The position numbers were made by a program, and so were the translations under genes. DNA of 47,496 nucleotides from an archaeon. Its GTDB lineage: Archaea > B1Sed10-29 > JAJSAI01. The first letter of the stretch is position 1. Each line of letters begins with the position of its first letter. The stretch spans positions 1 through 47,496 of the forward strand of contig JAJSAI010000031.1 of the NCBI GenBank assembly GCA_024274695.1, read 5' to 3'. Below the pieces are notes generated by a model. The model was not told the origin of the DNA and did no database searches. It saw only the letters and a list, made by a program, of their open reading frames with translations. This document shows, in pieces, positions 39,382 through 47,202 of this stretch.

Positions 39382-40152
39382 TCACTTCTGGCTCTTCAGT
39401 TCCTCCACTTCTTTCTCGAACTCTTCCCTCAGCTTGTCTCCCACGAACTCTCCCTTGAAGTAGTCTACCTTCGCGGCTATCGCTATCTTCCCCGCCAGGC
39501 GTCTTGCGATCTTGCCCCTCAGCCTCTTCTTGGCCCCGCTTATCGCGGGGTGAGAGAATATCACACCGTGCTTGGGGCTGGGCACTCCCTTTTTCCTGAG
39601 GTGAGCGAACAGCGCCTTTTCCGCCCCAAGAACCTGTATGGTGGAGCTCGGCATTTCAGCAAGCCTTTCCAGGGACCCTGCTATTGAGATGAGCCTGGCC
39701 GCTATTGTTGGGCCCACGAGCGCGTTCATGTTAGGTGCTTCTTGTGACACAAGCTCCTCCAGGTATTCCACCAGGGAATCCCTTTCCTCCAGCAGGCCCT
39801 CTATCCTCTTCGCGAACCCTATCATTCTTTCAACATCCCTGTCAGGCAAGTCTGCTCCCACGGTCTTCTCCGCGGCTTCAGCCAGCCTGCCGGAATACTT
39901 TTCCCTGTACCCCGTGCCCGCTACCGCGCGCACGTAGTCCCTGAGCTCGGGCAGTTCCCTCTCAAGCTCAGGAAAGTACACAGAATACCAGTCCCTCAGC
40001 CTTTCAGTGAGGAGGTTTATCGTCCTGTCAAGCTCGTCTATCGTCCTCACTACCTTCACGATAAGGTGGTCCCTCTTATACATGCTTTCCTTCAGTTTCT
40101 TCCTGGTCTTCTGCAGGGCTTTCTTCCGCAGTTCAGCGTACTTTGAAGGCAT
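39382..40152 (-). CDS. nop5: C/D box sRNP protein Nop5 (short form, 256 aa)
   Basis: Start re-assigned to MPSKY; ERLRDWY, FPEL, APN, PSSTIQVLGAEKALF, PKHGVIF, RGKIARRLAGK. Confidence 0.92.
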   Translation of the reverse strand: MPSKYAELRKKALQKTRKKLKESMYKRDHLIVKVVRTIDELDRTINLLTERLRDWYSVYFPELERELPELRDYVRAVAGTGYREKYSGRLAEAAEKTVGADLPDRDVERMIGFAKRIEGLLEERDSLVEYLEELVSQEAPNMNALVGPTIAARLISIAGSLERLAEMPSSTIQVLGAEKALFAHLRKKGVPSPKHGVIFSHPAISGAKKRLRGKIARRLAGKIAIAAKVDYFKGEFVGDKLREEFEKEVEELKSQK

Positions 40153-40186
40153 AACAATATTACCATCAGAGTGTTTAATAAAACAG

Positions 40187-40984
40187 ATGCTCTCCCAGAA
40201 AAGGCTGTTCAGGATAAGAAGGGAAGTTGAGTGGATTCTCAGACTGCCCTCAGCTGACCGCAAGACCTCTCTGTCCCTGCTGGCCGAAAAAGAAGGCGTT
40301 GAATACGAGACCGTGAAAAAGGACATGTACGCGCTGGCCTACGCGGTCATCCCCGGAGGAAAGATTCCAGAGTCATACGAGGCTGATGCGAGAGCCATCC
40401 GCGAGGCTATAGAAAAGGGCCTGCTGGACAGGCAGAAGTGCGAGTCAGCAGCCCTGATATTCCTAGAACACGATCCCATTTTTGACCTTGACCGGCTGGG
40501 TATAACAGGCGTTGACGACCCGTACCTTGACGAGATCAAGTCCCTTGTCTTAGAGTACGCTGAAAAAACGGCAGAGCTCAAGGCAAAGAGGCTGGGCTGG
40601 CATCCTGCCAGGCAGAAGGCAGAGCTCTGGAGGATAGCAGGATCAAAAATACATTCCGAGCTCCCGAGACTGCTGGAGTCCTCCACTCCGGAAGAAGTGC
40701 TGAAGAACGTGAGGCGCTTGTGGGAGGAGAACCTCATGCGCGCCCAAGCAGCATGGCACTACGAGCTGGCCCTGCAAGAGCTCAAGAAACTGGCAGAGCA
40801 TGCTGGATGGGACCACCTGCTCGAAGCAGTAACACGAGACGAGATAACGCTTGACAGCATCACGGTAGAATGGGTTAAAGAACACGCTCCGAAGGACGCT
40901 GAATCCACCAGGCGACTGATAAGGTTCTTGAGCCAGGTTACCGCCGCCCGGAAGATTTTTGCAGGCCGGCCGAAACAGTTTTAA
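40187..40984 (+). CDS. Hypothetical helical protein
   Basis: Long ORF with host-like composition, divergent from nop5; start inferred at MLSQKR. Confidence 0.65.
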   Translation: MLSQKRLFRIRREVEWILRLPSADRKTSLSLLAEKEGVEYETVKKDMYALAYAVIPGGKIPESYEADARAIREAIEKGLLDRQKCESAALIFLEHDPIFDLDRLGITGVDDPYLDEIKSLVLEYAEKTAELKAKRLGWHPARQKAELWRIAGSKIHSELPRLLESSTPEEVLKNVRRLWEENLMRAQAAWHYELALQELKKLAEHAGWDHLLEAVTRDEITLDSITVEWVKEHAPKDAESTRRLIRFLSQVTAARKIFAGRPKQF

Positions 40985-41011
40985 CTGAAAAGAAAGAGAA
41001 TCAAGACTCGT

Positions 41012-43843
41012 ATGGCGTACGATCCCTTTTCGGTGGAAAGAAAGTGGCAGAAAGCCTGGGAAGAAGCAGGCCTTGGCAAGGCAGAGCCTGACCCTGGGAA
41101 GCCAAAGTTCTTCCTGCACTTCGCTTACCCCGGACCATCAGGATTCTTCCACGTAGGCCACATGAGAGGATACACTTACTCAGACGTGATCGCCCGGATA
41201 AAGAGAATGCAAGGGTACAACGTGCTCTTCCCCGTAGGAATTCACGCGACAGGAAACCCTGCAGTCGGTTTTGCCACGAAAGTAAAAAAGAAGGATCCTG
41301 TCATGCTCGAGTACCTTAAAGAAAACGGGGTAAGCGAACAGGACATCCAAAAGCTTGAAACTCCGGAAGGAGTGGTGGACTTCTTTGCTGAAGAATACCC
41401 AAGAGAATGGAAGTCCTTCGGGATAATCGCGGACTATGGCCGGCTCACGTGCACCATATGGCCTGACTACCAGAAGTTCATAGAATGGCAGTTCAAAAAA
41501 CTGAACGAGCTAGGGCTGCTCGTGCAAAAACCATACTATGCAACGTTCTGCGTGCGCTGCGGTCCAGTGGCCGTGGACCCCTCCGAGACGGACATCTCAA
41601 AAGGGGGGAACGCCAGGAAAGAAGAGTACGTTGCCCTCAAGTTCAAGCTGGAAGATTCTGATGAGTACCTTGTGGCGGTTACCCTAAGGCCAGAAACAGT
41701 GTACGGTCAAACGAACCTGTGGATAGACCCTGAAGGAGAATACTCAAGGGTGAGGGTTGGTAGTGAAGTTTGGGTAGTGTGCAAGCAGGCCGCTGAAAAA
41801 CTGACCTACCAGAAAGATGATGTTGAGATCCTAGGAGACGTTGACCCGAAAGACCTGCTCGGGAAGAAGGCAATAGCCCCAGGAATACACAAGCCAATAC
41901 CAATCCTTCCAGCCCACTTCATAGACCTGGAGGTCGGGACAGGGGTTGTTACCAGCGTGCCCTCCGACGCTCCAGACGACTACATAGGCCTGAGGGACCT
42001 CTGGGAGAACCCGTCAGAACTGGAAAAGTACGGCATAGACCCAGAAGAAGTGAAGAAGATAAAGGTTATCCCGATAATCAAGACCCCCGGGTACTCTGAC
42101 ACTCCTGCCAAGGACGTTGTTGAAGAACTCAGCGTGAAAAACCAGTTCGACAGAGAAAAACTAGAAGAAGCGAAGAAAATAGTGTACTCCAAAGGATTCC
42201 ATACAGGAGTAATGAACGAGAACTGCGGGAAGTACGCGGGAATGCCTGTTAACAAGGCCAAGGAACTCGTCAAGCAGGAGCTCATCGAGTCCGGAGAGGC
42301 TGACACCTTCTGGGACCTCTCGGAAGAAGTGGTATGCAGGTGCGGTTCAAGAGTTGTCATAAAAAAGGTGGACGACCAGTGGTTCATAAAATACTCTGAC
42401 CCAGAATGGAAAGAAAAGTCGAAAGCGCACGCCAGGAGCATGAGAATACTCCCACCGGAATACTATGAGAGCATGCCCCAAGTGATAGACTGGTACGACG
42501 ACAGGGCGTGCACCAGGATGGGCACGTGGCTGGGAACAAAACTCCCGTTCGACCAGAAGTGGATAATAGAGCCCATATCAGACTCTACCCTGTACCCTGT
42601 GATGTACGTTCTCTCAAAGTACACGAACGCAGGGAAGCTCAAGCCAGAGCACATGACGGAAGAGCTCCTGGACTACCTGCTGCTCGGCAAGGGCAGTCCC
42701 GAGGGCCACGGGATCCCGAAAGAACTTGCGGAAGAAATACGCAGGGAATTCGAGTACTGGTACCCGGTTGACCTGAACATCGGCGGGAAAGAGCACAAGA
42801 CAGTTCACTTCCCCGTTTACGTAATGAACCACGTGGCCGTCCTCAAGCCAGAACACTGGCCCAAAGGAATCTTCGTGCACTGGTGGATAACAGGAAAAGG
42901 AGGAAAAATAAGCAAGTCCAAAGGAGGAGCGAGCACCAGCATCCCAGTAATAACAAAGAGGAGGTCGGTGGACGCCCTCAGGCTTTACTACTGCCACTCG
43001 GCGAGCCCGTTCGTTGACTCAGAATTCGACGAGGGCACGGTAGAACAGTACGAGGAGCACCTGCAAAAGTTCTACTCTCTCGCCACAGAACTCTACTCTA
43101 AGGCGGGCGAGGAAGAAAAAGAGATAGACAAGTGGTTAGAGTCCAGGGTATCAAAAAGGATCGCGGACTCAAAGGAAAGCCTGGAAGAATACAACTTCAA
43201 GAGAGTGCTGGACCAGGTTTTCTTCGGGAGCATGCAGGACCTGGCATGGTACCAGAAAAGAGGAGGGAACAACAAGCAGGCCGTGAAAAGAGCCCTGGAG
43301 AAGGTGCTCAGAGCACTCTGCCCGTTCGTGCCACACGTCTGCGAGGAAATATGGCACGAGATAGGAAACACGAGCCTCTTATCAGCAGAATCCTGGCCAG
43401 AAGTAACACAGGTGGACGAGAAGGCGATAGCCGCAGAGGAAATGGTCCAGAACCTGGCCTCAGACATCCGGGAAATAATCCGGCTCGTCGGCAAAAAGCC
43501 TGCGAGGATAGTCCTGTTCGTGGCACCAGAATGGAAGAGAATCGCCTTGGAAAAGGCAAGAGAACTTTCCCCGAAAGAAGTCATCAAAGGGCTCATGCAA
43601 CTCCCTGAAGTCAGGGAAAAAGGAAAAGAAGGAGTCAAGTACGCTCAGTTCCTGGTCAAGCACATGAAAGAACTCCCAGACACTGTGCTTTCCAGGGACG
43701 AGGAAAAGAGCGCACTGGAGTCAGCCTCAGAATACCTCTCAAAAGAGTTTGACGCGGAAGTGCTCGTGCAACTAGCGGAAGAATCAGACAATCCAAAGGC
43801 AGGAAACGCTGTTCCAATGAAGCCAGCGGTCTTCCTGGAGTGA
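41012..43843 (+). CDS. leuS: Leucine--tRNA ligase (archaeal type)
   Basis: HVGH (HIGH), TLRPETVYGQTN, GTGVVTSVPSDAPDD editing domain, KISKS (KMSKS), C-terminal PMKPAVFLE. Confidence 0.95.
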   Translation: MAYDPFSVERKWQKAWEEAGLGKAEPDPGKPKFFLHFAYPGPSGFFHVGHMRGYTYSDVIARIKRMQGYNVLFPVGIHATGNPAVGFATKVKKKDPVMLEYLKENGVSEQDIQKLETPEGVVDFFAEEYPREWKSFGIIADYGRLTCTIWPDYQKFIEWQFKKLNELGLLVQKPYYATFCVRCGPVAVDPSETDISKGGNARKEEYVALKFKLEDSDEYLVAVTLRPETVYGQTNLWIDPEGEYSRVRVGSEVWVVCKQAAEKLTYQKDDVEILGDVDPKDLLGKKAIAPGIHKPIPILPAHFIDLEVGTGVVTSVPSDAPDDYIGLRDLWENPSELEKYGIDPEEVKKIKVIPIIKTPGYSDTPAKDVVEELSVKNQFDREKLEEAKKIVYSKGFHTGVMNENCGKYAGMPVNKAKELVKQELIESGEADTFWDLSEEVVCRCGSRVVIKKVDDQWFIKYSDPEWKEKSKAHARSMRILPPEYYESMPQVIDWYDDRACTRMGTWLGTKLPFDQKWIIEPISDSTLYPVMYVLSKYTNAGKLKPEHMTEELLDYLLLGKGSPEGHGIPKELAEEIRREFEYWYPVDLNIGGKEHKTVHFPVYVMNHVAVLKPEHWPKGIFVHWWITGKGGKISKSKGGASTSIPVITKRRSVDALRLYYCHSASPFVDSEFDEGTVEQYEEHLQKFYSLATELYSKAGEEEKEIDKWLESRVSKRIADSKESLEEYNFKRVLDQVFFGSMQDLAWYQKRGGNNKQAVKRALEKVLRALCPFVPHVCEEIWHEIGNTSLLSAESWPEVTQVDEKAIAAEEMVQNLASDIREIIRLVGKKPARIVLFVAPEWKRIALEKARELSPKEVIKGLMQLPEVREKGKEGVKYAQFLVKHMKELPDTVLSRDEEKSALESASEYLSKEFDAEVLVQLAEESDNPKAGNAVPMKPAVFLE

Positions 43844-43851
43844 GCGGTCCC

Positions 43852-44139
43852 ATGAAAGAAGAGAAAGTGATCAGGGTGCACGCTTTCTTCTCAGGCCTTG
43901 TACAGGGAGTTAACTTCAGGTACTACACTGCCATTAAGGCAAGAGAACTGGGAGTCAGGGGCTGGGTGAAAAACCTGTCTGACGGCAGGGTCGAGGCAGT
44001 GTTCGAGGGGCCTGAAGAAAGCGTGAAGCAAGTGCTCGAGTACTGCAGGCGCGGTCATCCGATCGCAAGAGTCGAGTCAGTAGAATTGAAGGAAGAAACG
44101 CCCCTGGGAGAAGAAGATTTCAGGATAGTCTATCACTAG
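43852..44139 (+). CDS. acyP: Acylphosphatase
   Basis: GLVQGVNFR, GWVKNLSDGRVE. Confidence 0.93.
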   Translation: MKEEKVIRVHAFFSGLVQGVNFRYYTAIKARELGVRGWVKNLSDGRVEAVFEGPEESVKQVLEYCRRGHPIARVESVELKEETPLGEEDFRIVYH

Positions 44140-44978
44140 CCTTTTAGCAGGGAGGACACGTACCTTTCCGTGCCTTTTATCACGAGCCCCTTGTTTCCAA
44201 GAGTTGTTGGAATGCTGGGAACCGAAAACGTTTTTTCCTTACGTATTCTAGTCTGAAGGTATTCGGAAAGCCTGCGGATCGCGAGATCCAGTCTCTCTTC
44301 CAGCGTTTCAGGAACATATTCCTGTACTTCCTCCTCTAGCACGTGTTCTATTATGTGCTTTTCAGGGAGCTGTATCCAGGCTTTTTTCACTTTTTCGGGT
44401 TTTAGCACGTGACCGAACACGTTAGCAGAAGGCCTGTTCACGAGTTTTCCTCCCATGACCACGACCAACGGTTTTTTGAGAGTTCCCAGGTTGTACAATC
44501 GGAAAAAAGAGTCCTTCCAGGCGAACGCGTCAAATCCCCAGCCCCTGAACAAAGGAACCCTTCTCTCGTTTATGAGCTCTAGCTTGAACAGGATCTCGTG
44601 GTACTCCTTGTTGCTCACGCTCTTTTTCTCAGACTCCTGCATTTTCGGGAGCGTGTTGATTTCCATGCTCTTTCTCTGGGAGAAATCTTTTCTGATGCCA
44701 AGCAGTTCACTCACGGTGTCCCTGAACAGTCTCTTCTTTTTCTCGTCAGGAACTCTTTTGGGAAGGAGGGCCAGCAGAGAATACCCCCTGGGAATGTTCG
44801 TTCCAAAATTTTTTCCCAGCCCCGCGATCTCCAGCAGGGACTCCGGGGTCACATTCTCTATGAACAGTTGAGAGGATACAGGGAACTGGTCGGCAAACCC
44901 CTCGGATTCTAAAAAAAGCGCGACCATGTCCTCGGCTATTACTCTCGAGGCCTGTTCAAAGAACTTCAACCCTACCAT
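44136..44978 (-). CDS. Hypothetical protein
   Basis: 280-aa ORF overlapping the upstream PEP-mobile gene; no motif recognised. Confidence 0.65.
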   Translation of the reverse strand: MVGLKFFEQASRVIAEDMVALFLESEGFADQFPVSSQLFIENVTPESLLEIAGLGKNFGTNIPRGYSLLALLPKRVPDEKKKRLFRDTVSELLGIRKDFSQRKSMEINTLPKMQESEKKSVSNKEYHEILFKLELINERRVPLFRGWGFDAFAWKDSFFRLYNLGTLKKPLVVVMGGKLVNRPSANVFGHVLKPEKVKKAWIQLPEKHIIEHVLEEEVQEYVPETLEERLDLAIRRLSEYLQTRIRKEKTFSVPSIPTTLGNKGLVIKGTERYVSSLLKG

Positions 44979-45279
44979 CCTCTGACACTCTCACGTCTTT
45001 CCCCAGCAGGCGAGAGGCTTCTTCCGGGCTTATCCTGACGCAGGGTATTCCAAGTTCTCTCAGGTAAATCCCAATGTGCGACAGGAAACCTCCTTCTGTT
45101 ATTATCACTCCCTTGCCTTTGCTCAATGCGAGAAGCTCCTTCAAGCTACTCTTTTTTGGCTCGAGCAGTACTATTCTACCGTTTAAGTCCTCCTCGTCCC
45201 GGAACAGTACTACTTTACCTGACGCTATTCCAGGAGAAATCACTTTTCCTTGAAGGATCTTCTTTGTCGTATGAATCAC
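44956..45279 (-). CDS. Stand-alone PEP-utilising enzyme mobile (phosphohistidine swivel) domain
   Basis: SPGIASGKV and TEGGFLSHIGIYLRELGIPCV, matching the GGxTSHAAIxARExGIP signature. Confidence 0.85.
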   Translation of the reverse strand: MIHTTKKILQGKVISPGIASGKVVLFRDEEDLNGRIVLLEPKKSSLKELLALSKGKGVIITEGGFLSHIGIYLRELGIPCVRISPEEASRLLGKDVRVSEDGRVEVL

Positions 45280-46419
45280 CCTCTTTGAGGATGTTTAATG
45301 CTAACTTTTTATATTTTACCACCTGAGGCCATACCCATTTTATGAGTTGACTTTCATACTTGCAGTTGGGTGGATGCGCCATTATATTGCCTGAAACATA
45401 TGCTAGAAATGGGCAGCTTCCTCCTTGACAAAGATTTTTTGAGAACAGAAAGCAGGATGAACATTCTTTCTTTAGTTTGCTAACTCGATTGTTCAGCAAA
45501 GATATTACAGGGGCTTCAAAGGCTTTTTCTAAAGTATTTATTTTAGAGAGATCAGCTAATTTAAAGAAATTATTATCTAGACTTGATGTCCTGTTACATA
45601 TGCTGATGCTACCGTCCCAGTCTACTGAAAGGTAATGTTTGGTTAACATGCATCCTGGGCTGAAGTGGCAGTAAGGAAGAGGTCTGTTGAAAATGATTGA
45701 TTGAACTATTCTATAAAATGTAGGTATGTTTATGGGGTCAGTGTCGTTACTCCAACATTTAAATAGATTTTTCATAAACTCAATATATTCTTGATGAGAA
45801 ACATGTATCTCGTCAAAATTTTTTACGGCGTTTCCTGAATAAACAAGAGGACTAGGTTGTAATCCAATTCCTTCTTCTTTAAAGAAATAATATATATCTT
45901 CTGCCCGGTTAACGTGATATCTTGTAATAACAATAATTGCTCCGATTGTTTTTTGTGTTTTTTAAGCATTCTTAAATTTTTTAAAACTTTTGTATGAGTT
46001 CCCTTGCCTTCATAATCTACTCTTAAAAGATCATGAATTTCTTTTGGTCCATCTAAACTAGAAGAAACATATGTGTGATATTTAGAAAAAAGAGAAACCC
46101 ATTTTTTGTTAAGTAATGTTGCATTTGTTTGAATTTTTACTTTTAAAAACAAATTTTGATTGTTTAGTGCGTTAAAAATTTCTTTTAATGCTTTTTTATA
46201 TTTTTCTAAACCCCAAAGAAGAGGTTCTCCTCCATGAAAAAGAATTTCTAAAGTGGATATTTTATTTTTGATTATATATTCTTTTGTCATTTCAATAAGT
46301 TTTTGAAAAAGTTCGAATGACATTTCTTTTTTATCTTAGTGAGGAACATAACAATATCGGCAATTAAGATTGCAAGCATTTCTTACGGGTCGTATCATTA
46401 ATGATAAAGTTTTAGACAT
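45215..46419 (-). pseudogene. Radical SAM/SPASM peptide maturase-like gene with two lesions
   Basis: MSKTLSLMIRPVRNACNLNCRYCYVPH* (CxxxCxxC); in-frame TAA at 46336-46338; FHGGEPLL, QTNATL, SLDGP; frameshift at the T6 run 45949-45954; SPASM cysteines in 45215-45775. About 401 aa if repaired. Confidence 0.85.
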
Positions 46420-46428
46420 ATTATTCAC

Positions 46429-46539
46429 TTAATATCTATCAACATAATCTACTCCTGCCCAATTATCATCATAATGATCAATATATTCATCAATATAATT
46501 ATCATCATATTCATCTTCATAAATATTATTAAATTTCAT
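46429..46539 (-). CDS. Putative RiPP precursor peptide, 36 aa, with YxD repeats
   Basis: Hand translation MKFNNIYEDEYDDNYIDEYIDHYDDNWAGVDYVDRY*; ends 9 nt before the rSAM ATG; TATA-like TTTTATTATAAA about 25-35 nt upstream. Confidence 0.75.
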   Translation of the reverse strand: MKFNNIYEDEYDDNYIDEYIDHYDDNWAGVDYVDRY

Positions 46540-46670
46540 AATTTTTTAAAAAGAAAAAATACTTTTTATAATAAAAGGCGGACAAGAAACATTTTTTGAA
46601 TCCATTTTTATACCCCCTTTTTAAATTTTTGATTATATCTTTTATTTTTTTAAAATAAAAAATTTTCTGC

Positions 46671-46889
46671 CGGGCCCAGTGGGATCCGAAAGGGAAGACA
46701 CCTGTGGTTTCATACCAGGAATTTCCAATTCCGGGATGATTCGGAAAGGCCTTTGCCTTTCCGATACTTCCCTTTACTCTCTTCCCTTCTTCCAAGGGAA
46801 AGGGGTAATAGGGGAATACCAAAAGGCGAAGCCTTTTGGATTATCTAAGAACCCAGGGGGCTCTTGGTATAAAACCGTAGGTTGTCCCT
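46671..46889. repeat. tRNA-linked hairpin repeat element, copy A (tRNA 3'-end fragment plus ~200-bp inverted-repeat-bounded body)
   Basis: 46671-46690 reads TTCGGATCCCACTGGGCCCG on minus; body 46691-46889 has imperfect terminal inverted repeats and internal hairpins. Confidence 0.8.
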
Positions 46890-46894
46890 GTCAG

Positions 46895-46968
46895 CGGGCC
46901 CACCGGGATTCGAACCCGGGTCACAAGCTCCGGAGGCTCGCATTCTGTCCAGGCTAAACTATGGGCCC
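46895..46968 (-). tRNA. tRNA-Arg(CCG)
   Basis: GGGCCCA/TGGGCCC-G, anticodon arm CGAGC-CTCCGGA-GCTTG, T arm CCGGG-TTCGAAT-CCCGG. Confidence 0.93.
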
Positions 46969-47018
46969 CTCCTGCATCACGGTTAGGATGAGGCGGGAGA
47001 GTGCTCAGCATTTTTGAT

Positions 47019-47106
47019 CTCGAGGCCAGCGCGTTGACCACTCCGCCATCCCGGCGCTAACGCCGGGAGTGGGATTCGAACCCACGAGGGCAAAAGCCCA
47101 CTGGCT
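47019..47106 (-). tRNA. Circularly permuted tRNA-Ser(CGA): 3' half 47106-47061, 5-nt linker, 5' half 47055-47019
   Basis: Halves assemble into a full cloverleaf with long variable arm and G73; break at 37/38 lies within a strict BHB; 11-bp leader/trailer stem. Confidence 0.9.
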
Positions 47107-47166
47107 CGCTCGTCTGACCAGGCTTTTCAGAAAAGCACTCTCCCAAGAAAAGTTTTGGTCCCGGCG

Positions 47167-47180
47167 TTTTTATTACTTTT
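47167..47180 (-). promoter_or_regulatory. Putative BRE/TATA for the permuted tRNA-Ser / tRNA-Arg transcript
   Basis: AAAAGTAATAAAAA about 23-36 nt upstream of the leader stem start at 47144. Confidence 0.5.
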
Positions 47181-47202
47181 CCTAATCCTGGAAAAGAAGG
47201 AA

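Noticed and set aside
247-44912. Numerous antisense and alternate-frame ORFs in the track
   Set aside because: They are shadows of well-supported genes and carry no recognisable motifs.
46336-46338. Stop-codon recoding (Sec/Pyl or alternative code) in the rSAM gene
   Set aside because: The codon is TAA, which terminates many genes in this window, and a separate frameshift also disrupts the gene.
47019-47106. tRNA-Ser halves as integration (att) debris or a tandem-duplication remnant
   Set aside because: The halves are non-overlapping, break exactly at 37/38, and their flanks form a strict BHB plus an 11-bp stem, which debris would not.
47003-47131. Box C/D-like motifs (CTGA in the leader, ATGCTGA in the trailer) of the permuted tRNA
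   Set aside because: The box C match is imperfect, the CTGA lies in an alternative hairpin, and no guide target was identified.
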